Translations under genes and position numbers: made by a program
Shown: piece after piece, positions 1 to 13,159 of the stretch
Layout: each line of letters begins with the position of its first letter
Position numbering within the stretch: position 1 is the stretch's first letter
The notes under the pieces: generated by a model
Databases searched by the model: none
The model's input: only the letters and a program-made list of their open reading frames with translations
Told to the model about the DNA's origin: nothing
NCBI RefSeq assembly: GCF_021028975.2
Contig: NC_059430.1
Coordinates: 37,200,001 to 37,264,000, forward strand
Direction of reading: 5' to 3'
DNA: 64,000 bases
Source: Sphaerodactylus townsendi
Taxonomy: Eukaryota

Positions 1-1297
1 ATACACAAAAATGCCCTACAATTCTCTTTTTACAGTTCAATCCTAAGTAGAACTACTGCCCATTGAAATAGGGGAGGAACCCTCTCTGTTGTCTTACTAT
101 ACCACCCCTGCACTCCCAGAAGGATAACTTGCAGCCTTCTGAAGCACAGCTGTCCTGTAGCAGCCATGAGAATGAGGCATTAAGATGGCTATACTGAGGG
201 CAAATGCTACCCCAGGATAGGGCTTCGGCTTTTGTACCTATGTGAGAAGAAATTTTGCTCCCTCTGCCAGTGTTATAACTCTTTATCCTGGGTCAGATGA
301 GCTATTTTTAACCCTACAAATAGAGTTAGAATAATAGAATGACAGAATAGTTCTGCGTCTCTAACCTTGGAAGTATTTTTTTGCAAGAGAGCTAATCAAG
401 AGATTCTTTTTTAATAAAAGCATAAATCAACAAAGTGAACCTGGCAAGCTAGACTCATGCACCTAAAGTTGCATCACCCTGTCCTCCCCTATCTGCAGTG
501 CCCTGTGACCTTCCTGAGCAAAATTACCAACCCAGGCAAACATTCCACATTAGTAGCAAGAGAGACCTTTAGTCCTGCTAACCAAATCAGGTCTTCTCCA
601 CCTTTAATCAACAGCTCCTTGCAGCCCTCCATGATGCCTGTTTTCAGAGTTCTTCTGACTTGGCCTTAGAATCATTCCGGATTATTAGGGATCAACTATG
701 ACTAGAGGATCCCAGTTCTCCAGGAGCTCCTCAAGAATTGTGTTATCAGGCTAGCATCTGACCTTCCTTGCCTATCATGCCATCATATTGTTTGTATTCC
801 ACCACCCCTCCCCCGCCCCACATGCATTTCCAGCATGCAAATACAGAAATTCAACATCCCATGGAAAGTGCAGGTGGGGGAGATCAAAGTAACATCAGAA
901 AGCAGGTGAAAGCATATACATGCCTACTTAGCCTGAAATAGAACCACTTGTTCAGGCACCTTGGGCCATTCTTTTGAAATCAAGGTGCTGCTGCCATTTA
1001 CATTCAGTGTAACAGCCTCTAAATTCATTACATTCAAGTCCCAAACAAGTGACTTCAGTTGTAAAAGGCAGAATCTTATTGTGTCTGTTCAGTCACACAT
1101 AGGTGCAGAGCAGAAAAATACCCACTTGCTGTAAAAACACAGAAGTGCGCTGAACCATTACCAAAAATACAACTTATCTGGGAAGAACAGAGACCAGTTA
1201 GAGTTTTACCATACATACTGGCACAGGTATAGCTTATCCCCTGCATATTAGGTGGGTTCCTTACATGCAACTAACATTTATTATTTTTTCTTTCCAG

Positions 1298-1380
1298 AAA
1301 ATACAGCTGCCAGAAAGTTTAGAGGAAAGCAGTAGACAGAGCTCTTTAGAAGAGTTCACCAGCAACAATGCATTGGAAAG
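1298..1380 (+). CDS. CSF2RB: Cytokine receptor common beta chain, penultimate coding exon
   Basis: Acceptor ttttctttccag, donor AG|gtaaat; open in phase 0 to 2 (KIQLPESLEESSRQSSLEEFTSNNALE); joins in frame to the 2428 exon (AG+G=Arg). Confidence 0.7.
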
Positions 1381-1558
1381 GTAAATATGTTAGGCTGAGC
1401 ACTGGCAGATTTTTCTGAGGGATGCAGTACTTCTTGAGTGCAAGCCAATCCTAAAGTTCAGTTCCACTTGCCAGTGAGTGAAGACAAGGAGTGACTGAGC
1501 AGCACAAAAGTGTTCTAGTGTGGACCCAAAAAAAATCCATGTAACACCTTTTATTAAA

Positions 1559-1741
1559 GGGCGTTTCCCCACTCAGCATGATCCCCACTATGCCGCGCGC
1601 CCGGGCATCCCCACGACCCCTCTGCATGGGGTCATAAAAAGGCGCCCTTTGCAAGAGCGCCAGGGATGCCACGCGCTGAGGGGCGTCGGGGCGGCTGCGC
1701 GGAGTGGCTGCGCGGGGCTTAAGGTAAGTGGGGAAAGGCCC
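1559..1741. mobile_element. PIF/Harbinger-like MITE
   Basis: TIRs gggcgtttccccact / agtggggaaaggccc, flanked by aaa on both sides (3-bp TSD), GC-rich interior. Confidence 0.7.
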
Positions 1742-2093
1742 AAAGATAAAGGAAGTCCCCTTTGCAAGCACCAGGTCTTTACTGACTCATGGGGTGATGT
1801 CACATCTCGACGTTTAGTAGGCAGACTATATAGGATCAAACAAATTAATAGAAAATGTTATGCAAACTTTCAAGTTCACAAGAACTCTTTTAGGCTGGAT
1901 ATTCCAAAATTTCAAAAGATAGAAGGTAGACTATTCCGGCTGTGGCATTATGGTCTGATCTTGCACACTTCTCTGTGAGATGCAAACAGAAAACTAGCCT
2001 ATGTTTATTGCTGAGGTGCTGAGTTACAGCATCGTTTTTGAGAAGTTGTATCTCCTTAATGGAAACTGTTAGGGCATCAACACTATATATATA

Positions 2094-2380
2094 TTGTCAA
2101 AGGCTTTCACTGTCAGAATCACTGGGGTGCTGTGTGGTTTCCAGGCTGTATGGCCGTGTTCTAGCAACATTCTCTCCTGACGTTTCGCCTGCATCTGTGG
2201 CTGGCATCTTCAGAGGATCTGATAGTTGGAAAGGAAAGCAAGTGGAGTATATATACCTGTGAGTGAAGGTCAATAGGTGAGGGCATCTGAATAGGAGTGG
2301 CCTGGCAAGTAAGTAACAATGAAGTGTAGCATGTGAGTAACAATGGAGATAGCAAGGTCAGTAGGTGAGGCATCTGAATA
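2094..2380 (-). mobile_element. Penelope-like element terminal (pLTR) fragment
   Basis: Near-identical to the arms at 56165-56868 and includes the hammerhead motif. Confidence 0.75.
2175..2217 (-). ncRNA. Minimal type I hammerhead ribozyme motif (Penelope-associated)
   Basis: Reverse complement reads tcct-CTGAAGA-tgcc..ggc-GAAAC-GTC-agga: catalytic core, stem II, GUC triplet and stem I pairing. Confidence 0.65.
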
Positions 2381-2427
2381 TATATATATATTACTGAATT
2401 TTTTAAAACTTATTTTCCCTTCCGCAG

Positions 2428-3229
2428 GTCAATGCTGGTTAGATGTCCAAATGCTCTTGCAGCTGAGTCATGGAAAATAAGATCACTTTCAGCTGTCTTT
2501 CAGAATACAGAAACTACAGAATTTTCTGAAGCCAAACTTGACCAGTGTGTGAGTCATGCTGAACTATCTCCCAGGCTTGCTCATAGTCACAAAGCTGAGA
2601 TGGGTCTAGCTCATCAGGTGTTTGATTTTAATGGCCCATACTTAATGTCCCTTCAAGAGTCACCTGTGCCTGATGCTCCAGAAGATGTTGCCCCTTCAGA
2701 AATGAGGGGGATTCCAGTGTCTATGCAATATGTGGAATTGCCTCATGGATCCTGTTCTCAGATTTTGCCAGTGGGAAAAGAGAAAGGTACAATTCCACCA
2801 ATCTGCACTGTCCATTCTGAGGAAAAGGAGAAACTACCGCTTTCTGGAAGAAGGCAAGAAGTATCTGAAAGCCAATTGACAAGTGACACATTGGAAAAAA
2901 GTGGAAACAAAGATCAGGGGCTACAAAGTCCTACCAGCACCAACAACCACTCAAAAAATGGGATTTTGGATTATTTTACCACTGCAGAGCTATCAAAGGA
3001 GCGAGGCTCTTTGTTTCTGTTACCCAAGGTTGCCTTGAAGGAGGGGATGGTCACTTGTGCTATGAAAACATCTGCCTCACAGCTGTCCCAAGCATCAGAT
3101 GATCCCTCCAGCTCAGAACGGTACCAGAAGGAAACAGACACCGTGCTCCCACCAAAGGACCAATCATCAAGTATTCCTTCAGTAACATCCCAGGATGTGT
3201 TTGGTGACTATTTTATTACCATTCCTTAG
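2428..3229 (+). CDS. CSF2RB: CSF2RB last exon (cytoplasmic tail), up to a premature TAG
   Basis: Acceptor ttcccttccgcag; contains FDFNGPYL and YVELP motifs recalled from the CSF2RB tail; position upstream of CIMIP4-TST-MPST-KCTD17 matches known synteny. Confidence 0.85.
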
Positions 3230-3400
3230 GATCTATGCCAATGGAAATATTTTCTGTATCTCCAAAAGATCCTGGACACAGCAAGAACTTTCTTGTGTTC
3301 AACCCCAATGGCAAAAGCCTCATTTTAAAAAGTCAAGTGGGTGAATATTGCTTCTTCCCCAGCACTAAGCCTATCACAAAAGGCCAAGAAGGATATATGG
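3230..3400 (+). pseudogene. CSF2RB: Frameshifted continuation of the CSF2RB tail
   Basis: Shifted frame reads LILKSQVGEYCFFPS, resembling the conserved LLVLQQVGDYCFLPG; adding one base at about 3225 restores the frame. Confidence 0.65.
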
Positions 3401-3404
3401 GATG

Positions 3405-3700
3405 CCTTGCCTTGCCACCCCTCACTCTCTCCCCTCCCTCAGTTCTCTTCCCTTGCATGCCTCCCCCTCCATCCCTTCTCTCTCTCTCCCTCTCTTCCCT
3501 TGCATGCCACCCCTCCCCATCCCTCCCTTCCCTCTCCCTCAGCTAGGGTGGGTGGGTCATATCCAGATGCTGGTCCCCCTCCCTCCCCTCCCTCCCCTCC
3601 CTTGCATGCCACCCCTCACTCTCTCCACTCTCTCACTTCTCTTCCCTTGCATGCCTCCCCCTCCCTCCCTCCCTCCCTCCCTTCCCTCTCCCTCCTTCCA
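3405..3700. repeat. CT-rich minisatellite/low-complexity tract
   Basis: Repeated unit about cttcccttgcatgcc(a/t)cccct. Confidence 0.8.
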
Positions 3701-4767
3701 GCTGTCTTTTACATTCAAGCTTGTTCAATATGGGTGTGGAATATGGGTGAGGAAGTAGTTAAGTGGTGGTTGGATGTGAGGGAGGGTAGAGGGAGGAGTG
3801 TGAGGATGAGCTGAATGTGTATGAGAGTATGTGTGTTGTGTGGTAGTAGTGGATGAGGCACAGAGAGTGAAAGCTTGCAGAAAAGTCAGCCCCTCACAAG
3901 ACAACCCTGTGAAAACAAATTCGTTGAAAGTGAGCTACAGACCACATCTCACATCTTCCACGTATGATTAGGAATGCACCTCAGTGAAAGCAGTTACTGT
4001 ATGAGTATAATCTAATTTTTGCACTGTCCTTCCTTGGTGCTCCATCTGCTGCTAGTGAAAATCCTCTTTGACTATCATACTTCAGAAAAATGCTTCATGT
4101 GGCAAAAATTCATGTGGGCCACGGCCACTGAAATATTTAAAAGTTACTTAACTGTGCAATCCTTAGCAGAGGTAACCCTTCTAAGTCCTCTGATATAAAT
4201 GGGTTTAGGAGGCTGTAAATGTTCAGGATTTCATTGTTAGTCTACCTTTAGCCCAAATTAATGCATCATTTTCATGCTACAGCTCAGAGTGTTGGCATTA
4301 CTTTGCCAGTATTGTATACATTTGGACTACTTAAAAGAGAATTTTAATGTTACATTTGTGTTGCTTAAAGTTCCTTCAGTATTATTGATAATTAATGCAG
4401 ATCCACATCTTATTTATTCTCTTTTCTGTGTTCCTTTTTTCTATTTTCTGTTGTCATGTAAAAATAATTATGCTAAAAAACACACAAAGACATTTGTGTT
4501 GCCATAATCTGCAAACATTCACAGTTGGCCTTCACAAGAGAGCTTATTTTGACTAGCTAAGCAGCAAACAAAATAGTTGTACAGGACTTACAACAGTGTG
4601 TCTTTGTTAGAACTATACTTTTAAACTCGCATTGTTCCTTATATTATGAATGTGATGAGGTGTTCCAGAAGGATCTAGGGGAAAGTAATTTATTCCCTGT
4701 AGTAATCCTAGACTTGAATGACATCAGAATTGTTGGGCCTGGTCTGAAATAGCTTTTCACCTCCAAT

Positions 4768-4903
4768 CAGTGGTGGGATTCAGCAGGTTCGCACCACTTC
4801 AACAGAACCGGTTGTTAAAATGGTGCGTGTAAATAACCAGTTGTTAAATTATTTGAATCCCACCACCAGAATCGGTTGTTAAATTATTTGAGTCCCACCA
4901 CTG
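4768..4903. mobile_element. hAT-type MITE (cagtggtgggattc family)
   Basis: TIRs cagtggtggga / tcccaccactg; 8-bp TSD cctccaat/cctgcaat; related copies at 10417 and 16469. Confidence 0.75.
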
Positions 4904-5504
4904 CCTGCAATCCCATTGTTAAGGCCTAAATAAGTATCTCAAAAGATTCTGAAATAAATATTTAATGCTGATGTGGGGAAATGAGAGTTACATGCCTTCA
5001 CTTTTGCTCCTGTGGAAGTGAGGAAGTTACTTAATCGTCTTGGGTCACCTGCCTAGCTTGGCCCCTCTCTCTCCACCCCTGGTATCTCATTGTCTCTCTG
5101 GGTAATGTTCTTGTTACTACTAGCTAGTTGGTTATTAGGTACTGCCCTCCTGAGGACCACCAGCCCTCAGTGGCCCTCAGTGGCTGCCTTGCTGCAGAGA
5201 GGCTTTGCTCTGTAGTCAACTCTCCCCACTTTCCTCTCTGGCTATTTGGGGACCAATAGCCAGGCTGGATGATCTCAGGAAGGATTACCTCTACCCTCTC
5301 TCATCCCTTTTGGTAGACATGTGTCCATCAGAGATTAGTGGGGCTCCCAGGCTGACCACATTCCAAATGAAAGGAAATGTATTAAGAAAATAAAAGTGCA
5401 AACCACATATGTGGACCCAACAGGTTGAGTAAGGACAAAAGAAATGATGATAAAATGGCAGTCTTCTCACCTTTTCTATAGTCTAAAAGATGAAATATTA
5501 GGAT

Positions 5505-5742
5505 AGGCTGTCTGTTGTGGCTGTTGTGGGCTATGCAGCTGTGGTCTGGTAGTTTCTGCTCTTCATGTTTCACCCGCATCAGTGGCTGGCAGCTTCAGAT
5601 TACCATTACATGCCTCTGAATATGCCAGCTATGGATGTGGGCAAAACTTTATGAACAAAAACTACCAGACCACAGCCACCTGGCCAGGAAAACAACGAAC
5701 AGTCAATTGATTCCCAGCCATGAAAGTTTTTGACAATACATT
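5505..5742. mobile_element. Degenerate palindromic Penelope-derived element
   Basis: Inverted arms similar to 50315-50560; ends with gccatgaaag..gacaataca. Confidence 0.55.
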
Positions 5743-6491
5743 AGGACTGGCTATTGTTTCTTAAAATTGCAAGTATTTAGAAATCCTCCATTACATTATT
5801 CCACTGTTTAGGGCTCTCTTTCTGTGGTCTCAGCCATGTGTGCTGAAGAGGGAGTTCAGACATAGAAGGAGAATGGCGTTCACCCTCATGGCAAATGGTT
5901 GACAGCTTTTTCCTTGTATCCAGGGATTTCATAATCTCCCCCTTCTGCCCACTCCCTAGATCTTCTTTCTGTTCTTGTCCCAAAAGGAAGGTTTATCCTT
6001 TTGTTTTGGTCTTCCAAGCTCTGCTTTAGGTGTAATTAAGAGTGAGGCATGATGATGTCGATTGTTCTTCTCCTGGTTAGAGTCATTTGCTGTTCAATGG
6101 CAGTGGATGACTTCGTGCTTAAGATCTGAGTCATATCTGCTCGTTTCTCCTTCACTCTCATTTGCTAGTAAAAGGCAACTTATAAACTATATATGTAGGG
6201 TGAATATCCAGTTATAATAGACCTCGATACATTTGGGGAGTGCAAATTCTATGGTGTAAGACGTTTAACCACAAATGATGTGGTTATACCTTTCAACATC
6301 TATCCAGCTCTGCAAAGGCAGTCGTTGACATTTGTAACTCCATTTAAAAGCAGAAGAGTTTTGTATAGCTTTTTAAAGAAATGCTCAATAATATATTTCT
6401 GTATATCTGTTGAAGGGGATCACTTTCAACTCAGCATCAGGGATCATTTTGTTGTTGTGAATCCTGGTGAGCTGGCATAATTATTAGATTA

Positions 6492-7139
6492 CTAGCTACA
6501 AAGCCCATTGTGCAAACAAATACTATGGGCTCTAGAAAACTATTGGGGAAAGTGCTCATTTGCTGGCCTGGCCGGCTCAGACCACTGGCAGAGTGGCAAG
6601 AGCCTCACTGCCGGCAGTGTCCTTCCTTCATTCTTCCCTTGTCCTCTCTAGTAGTGGAGAGGACTGGCTGTTCACCCCTGTTCCTCCCCTCCCCCCATTT
6701 GCTGTGGGCAGTGCCCAGCCCTCCTCAGGGCAGTCCCCCCTTCTCTATGGCAAAACCAGCACTGCTCTGGGTGGCAGAGAGCGGAGAGGCCTGGTGGATG
6801 TTGTAGGGTGCCAGAGCAGTGACTTTGAATGGCCACTGTGAGCAGGCTTGGGCTCAGGCCCTTTTCCTGGCTGAGGAGACTGGCGAGGGGCTTTTGGAAG
6901 AGCATGTGAGTGAAGTCAAGGCTTCACATGTGTGAGAGAGTTCAGTTGCATTTCATGGGGGTTGGGGAGGGAAGGCATATCAGTGACAACTGTGTTGTTA
7001 AAGCAAAGAATTGTGAGAGGTGTAGTCCAGTCAGTCCTGTTTTGCTCGGGAAATGGTGCTCTCTGGACTACATCTCCCAGAGTCCTTCGCCTTAAGGTGA
7101 GAGTCATTGAGAACATGGCTTGACTTTTATATAGTAGGA
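6492..7139 (-). mobile_element. Non-autonomous Helitron
   Basis: On the minus strand: A|TCCTACTATATAAAAG ... agcccat/atgggct hairpin ... CTAG|T; inserted in an AT dinucleotide with no TSD. Confidence 0.75.
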
Positions 7140-9222
7140 TTTGGAGATTCTGTAGATTTGCTTTTAAAATATATGTTTAGTTCATTCTCCAGAATATTGA
7201 TATACACCACACATCTAGAATCTAGATTGTTTTGTCAATGATAAATTCAACCTATTTCATTTGTACTGAATGCATAATCATAAAAATTAAAAATATGTCA
7301 TCCAAAAATATGTCATCCAAAAAAAGTATAAGAAGTACTGTTCTCTTCTGGTCTACCATCTTCTTTGCAGAAACTCTGAGTGGCTAAAAGCAAAGTTTCT
7401 ACAAGATCCTGAAAACCAGTAAAAGCTACTTTCCTGAATTTCCACAGACAATGCTTGTCTCTTTCCAAAGTAGTAATTTGCTGACCACTGCTTTTGTCAA
7501 CTTAGGTCAGAGTTTTCAAACAGTGTTCTGCAGAATTTAGTTTATCGGAAGAGCCACCATAAGAGTATCAGTAATAGTAGACAGGGTGCCCAGAAGCTAC
7601 AAAGGAACAATCAAAATGTTCTCAAATAAATTGTTCAGATTCTTATAAGAATATGGTGTCCAAGAGACCTCATCAATGCTTTATGCAAACAGAAAGTTGA
7701 CCACAGAATGGTGCCCCAGACTGTAGAGGGATTCTGTGGGAGAAACACAAAAGATGTGTAATCTATGTGTAAAAGTTCTATAACTACTGGAAGTTTAATG
7801 GGTAAAAGAATTCTACTGATTAGGATTTTTTCACAAATGACTTTTAATTTTCTAGAAAGTGTCCTGCTCCTGACCTTTGTCAAATGAAAACAGAAAATGG
7901 AAGAAAGCCATTTGTTGATCAGATTACAGCCTAGCTAATACAGTTTACTTTGAATAATAAAACCAGGAAATACAAAAACAAATGAGCAAACATAAGCTAA
8001 AGTTACCAGGCTTTTCAGATGCTTTAGCCTCATTTCACAGTTGGTTGCTATTCTTTATAAAAAGGAACTGCTACCAGTAAGGCCATCCTAATTTCCTGGT
8101 ACAGGGGAGAGCCTGAGAAATGAACCAACACCTTCCCTGCTATTTCTGGAGGTAAAGTACTAAGTAGAAGGTGGTCATCAGATCACTTAAACCATTTAAG
8201 ATTTTTAGGGGGGTAGAAATACAGATTTCCTTAAGAAAATGCATTGGTAAAGAGGTTTTTTTTTAATGAGAATGGTGCAAGGGAAATATAACCTCTTGTG
8301 TAGGATTGTCTTGGAGTATTAAAGTGATGGGAGACCTGATGGGAACCATCCCAAGTTGCTCTCTCAATATGTTTCTAAAAGTGGTGGATGTAGTGTGAAG
8401 TTGGGGAGATCCCACATATGTAATTTTGCAGGAAATGACCCTGAAAGTTTCCAGTGGAAGAGGATACGGTGGGAGGGAAGAAATTAGTATCCTCCATTAG
8501 GGTTGTCGGTTGGGCTGCCAAACTCCAGGTAATTCCACCATAGTCAGAAATGTATGGGGGCACCAGAAGGTAACTAGTACTTATAGACGGTGGTGCAAAG
8601 AGGCATTGGAATGATAATCTCCAGGTGGTGGTTGGAGCTCTCCTGCTTATATTGGAGCAGGAGCTGTTGTCCCATACATCTGTTTCTCTAGTAATCCACC
8701 CATCCTTGTTTCCATCTGGCCAGAGAAAAATATCTTGTCACATTAATAGAGGCTTATTGCGTGGAAACTGGCAGTCAAAGCTTTTCACAGAATGAAAGTA
8801 ATTAACATCACCTACTAATTACTGAAGGTCAAGTACATTAAATGAATAGCTAGAGGGGCCAATTAAAAAGTTGGCAACCCCCCCAGTTCCACTTGTCTCC
8901 AACACTGCATTTTCCCAGTTTCTATTGCTGTCCTAAGTTTAATGTTACCTGTGTTTTTTTTTCATTGGCTCCTTTGGGCCTTTGACAGCCATTTGATCAA
9001 AGGAAAGTAGCAATGGGATGCCTTGATTTTTGCATTTGAGATGACTGTCAAAAGCACAACAGCAGGCCAGACTGTTATTTTTCCTGGCCAGTTGGCAACT
9101 TTACTTGCCCGTCCATCAATACGTAGCACATACAACATCAGAGGCTGCATGGAGGTTTATTCCATTGCTAGGGAGAGGCAGATAACTTTCCCAAAAGGCT
9201 CTCATCCCTCTTTTATTCGCTC

Positions 9223-9372
<150 letters not shown>

Positions 9373-9961
9373 TTAAAGGAACATTATTTGGAAGAAAATG
9401 GATGACTGGCTATTAAAGGCAAAGAACCAAAAAGGAAAGAAGAAAACCAAGGTTTGTAAGCAGCAGAGAAGGACCAAGTTGAATGTGAAGTTATTTGCTA
9501 ACACATTGCTGACAGTACCCATTAAAGCACACAGATATGAAAGTTCTTTTAACATTTGCAGTAATATAAACACAGCAGAACATGTTCCGAATTTAAATGG
9601 TCAGTCATGTGACATGAGTTTTGCAGGCTATAAATCTAGTGAAATCAAAATGTTTAGATTATAACAATACTTAGTAATTATATAGCTAGCTCAGCTGTCA
9701 TGTATAAGCGATTCAATCTTCACAATCCATATAACAGTACAGAGAAAGGCTAATGCACTTTCAATCTACTTTCACAATTGTTTGCAAGCGGATTTTGCCA
9801 TTCCGCACTGTAAAATCCAGCTGCAAAGTGCATTGAAAGTGAATTGAAAGTGCATTATTCTGCCTGTGCAGAAGGGGCCATTATCGCTGCATTACAGATG
9901 GAGTTACCATCTTCCTGGACAAAAATATGTCCTGTCCCTTTAATAGGGCAGTTACATCAGG

Positions 9962-10221
9962 GTCCCCTCATATTGAGGGGTCCTGCCATCCCCCCCCATG
10001 GGGGTAGGTTTTAAATTGGGGTCGGACGCCTTTTATTATGTATTATGGTTTTTTGCTGTTTTATGAGTTTTAAGCTATTTTATGGGATGGAGCCTATGTG
10101 TTTATATTTGTACGACCGCTCCTGTTGATGTTGTAGTGAATGTTGTTCACCGCCCGGAGCCCTTCGGGGATCGGGCGGTATACAAATTAAATAAATAAAT
10201 AATAATAATAATAATAATAAT
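9962..10221 (+). mobile_element. LINE (L2-like) 3' tail with (AAT)n end
   Basis: caccgcccggagcccttcggggatcgggcggtat stem-loop followed by taaa/aat repeats; the same end occurs at 24350, 30730, 44790 and 47000. Confidence 0.6.
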
Positions 10222-10416
10222 GTGATGGTATTTACTAGGTGAAGTTATTTAGCTACTTGCTGTTCATTTCTATGCATTAGACCTCTATTAAAGGGGCAAG
10301 ACATTTTTCAACAAGCCTGTTAAAGGAAGAGGACTGATTGATACAGCACTTAAGATCTCCCAGAGAACAGTACTAAGCAAATATATACAGAATCCAACAT
10401 TGCATTGTTGGTTCTC

Positions 10417-10552
10417 CAGTGGTGGGATTCAGATAATTTAACAATCAATTCTGGTGGTGGGATTCAAATAATTTAACAACTGGTTGTTTATAAGCACCAT
10501 TTTAACCACCAGTTCTGCTGAAGTGGTGCGAACCTGCTGAATCCCACCACTG
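10417..10552. mobile_element. hAT-type MITE
   Basis: Same TIR family as 4768-4903. Confidence 0.7.
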
Positions 10553-10589
10553 GTTACGTCCTATGTTTCTTCTGTGCTCTTAAAATCTA

Positions 10590-10751
<162 letters not shown>

Positions 10752-10952
10752 CTATTGTGCATTTTCTGGGCTGTGTGACTGTGGTCTGGTTGTTTGTGCT
10801 CCTAACGTCTTGACCACCTCTCTGGCTGGCATCTTCAAAGGCACATCACAATAAGATGTATTTCCCTTCCTGGCACACTGTGGAGTGATTGTGTGGTGCG
10901 GTATATGTTTTGTTCACCTCACAGAGGGGCGAGACATATTTGCATGTGTCAA

Positions 10953-11332
10953 AAGAACATAAGAACGAGCCTGCTGGATCAGAGCAGAGTCCATCTAGTC
11001 CAGCACTCTGCTTCTCGCAGTGGCCCACCAGGTGCCTTTGGGAGCTCACATGCAGGATGTGAAAGCAATGGCCTGCTGCTGCTGCTGCTCCCGAGCACCT
11101 GGTCTGCTAAGGCATTTGCAATCTGAGATCAAGGAGGATCAAGATTAGTAGCCATAGATCGACTTCTCCTCCATAAATCTGTCCATGCCCTTTTTAAAGC
11201 TGTCCAGGTTAGTGGCCATCACCACCTCCTGTGGCAGCATATTCCAAACACCAATCACATGTTGTGTGAAGAAGTGTTTCCTTTTATTAGTCCTAATTCT
11301 TCCCCCTAGCATTTTCAATGTATGCCCCCTGG
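10953..11332 (-). mobile_element. CR1-like LINE 3' fragment
   Basis: aagaacataagaac terminal repeat followed by CR1-type 3'UTR and ORF2 end. Confidence 0.65.
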
Positions 11333-12891
11333 TGTCCAGGTGGAGTTCATTTACAGTTGCTAAACAAGCTAAAAGGTGGTCACATGATCTGAGTATTGTA
11401 ATGTATTAGATAAGGGCAGTGATCCCCAGTTAGTGTCCCTGGATACCAGGTGTTCACTTCCTTCTTCACCAAAGCCGATCTTTGCTTTTCTTTATCACAT
11501 TACAGCAGGAAGTGCTTCAGGAGCACCTTTCAAAAGGCCGTTTTGTTCAAGTGAACTGGTCTCTGTTGGCTGGAGATCATTTGTAATTCCAGGAGATTTC
11601 CAGCCACAACCTGGAGGTTGGTGCCCTTAATTTCCACCCTATTTAAAGTCCTATATATATGTGAATATCTTTGTATTTTCAAAATACAAAGAAATAACAC
11701 ATTCACACATAAATGGGAATTTAGTTATTGGATCATTTAATATTGCATTTGCATGTATTAATATCCTGCTTTTCTTCCCTGCTGGAATTAAAGGTGGCTT
11801 TTTAATGTTATTCGTTTTCACTTTTTTTTCACTTCATGTTACACTTTTTCACAACAACAACCCTGTGAGTTAGGCTAGGCTGAGAATTTCTGGCGGGCCC
11901 AAGGTCGCCCAGCTCGCTTTCAAGGTAGAAGTGGGCATTTGTACCCAGGTCATCAGGGGTTCTAAGTCCACCACTCTATCCACTATGCTACACTGTCGGC
12001 CAGTGTGGTCTGATATCAAAATGTACATCCCTAAATGGGATCACTTGCTAATCCTTACAGATAAAATTATTGTTAACAAACAGTTAAAAGAACCGGTTGA
12101 AAAAGGTGGCAACATTATAGCTAATGGAATCTACCCATAAATCTGATTTTAAAAAATAGGGTTGTCAGCTCTGGGTTGGGAAATAGCTGCAGATTTTTTT
12201 TTTGGGGGGGGGGGGGACTTCCATGAGTATAATACCATAGAGTCCACCTTCCAAAGCAGAATTTTGTCCAGGTGAGCTGATGTCTGACACTTCGAGATCA
12301 GTTGTAATAGCGGGAGATCTCCAGCAAACACCTGGGGGTTGGTAACCCTGATAAAAGGGGCAGTTGGCTACATCAGTTGTTTTCCTGAAAGCCTGGTAAG
12401 TCTCAGCATGGTGGAAAGCAAATCTGAATAAAGAAAGTATGATTTTATCCTATTACGAGGAACTCTCTCTTGCCATGAGGAACTCTGACTATATGTTTGT
12501 AACTACTATGAACATCTGAAGCCACCTTATATCATCAGCTTATCCAGATCAGTATTGTCTGCTCCAATAAGCTGCAATTCTCCAGGGTCTTGGGCAGAGG
12601 CCTTTCACATCACCTACTATCTGGTCCTTACAATTTGAAGATGAACGTGGGCCCTTCTGTGCGCAAAGTGGATAGCTACCTGCTGAGTCACGGCCAAAAC
12701 TATTAGAGAGACATAAGACTCTCCTTGACAGGGAACTGAACATGTGAAAGGGTGCAAAATATTTTTTACTTCTTAAGAAAGAGTGTGAAAAAATGGCATA
12801 ACTGGTAGGATTTCCAAAAACTCAGAACTACTAGATCGATTTAAACCATAATTAGAGGAAATATGAAGATAGCTTTAAGAAGGTTCTTTAC

Positions 12892-13042
12892 CTTGGAAAA
12901 CATTGGACCTCATGTTGTAGCCTAGTTCATAATAATCGGCATATGGTGAAGCTGCTATTGGATTCTCTAGTGGCTTAAATGTCCAGTCACTGAGGCGCTT
13001 CTGCCCTTGAATCAGTCCAGCTTCACAGAGAGTCCGGCGAGC
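12892..13042 (-). CDS. CIMIP4: CIMIP4/TEX33 internal exon
   Basis: AG/GT bounded, phase 0-1; ...GQKRLSDW...ADYYELGYNMRSNVFQG. Confidence 0.9.
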
Positions 13043-13159
13043 CTAGAAATCACAAATGCAATAAGCTCAAAGTCCATCCCAGATCCTTATGAGCTTGAAG
13101 CCTTCCAGCAGCACCTGTAACTTTTAGGATACTTCTTCAAATCACGTGTAACCATGGTA

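Noticed and set aside
457-669. ORF with KITNPGKHS, resembling the CSF2RB Box1 exon
   Set aside because: No Trp, and the nearby acceptor gives a stop in the phase required; the real exon is probably upstream of the window.
1451-1978. Overlapping 100-150 aa ORFs
   Set aside because: They arise from a GC-rich MITE.
3341-3814. Pro/Ser/Leu-rich ORFs
   Set aside because: Translation of a CT-rich minisatellite.
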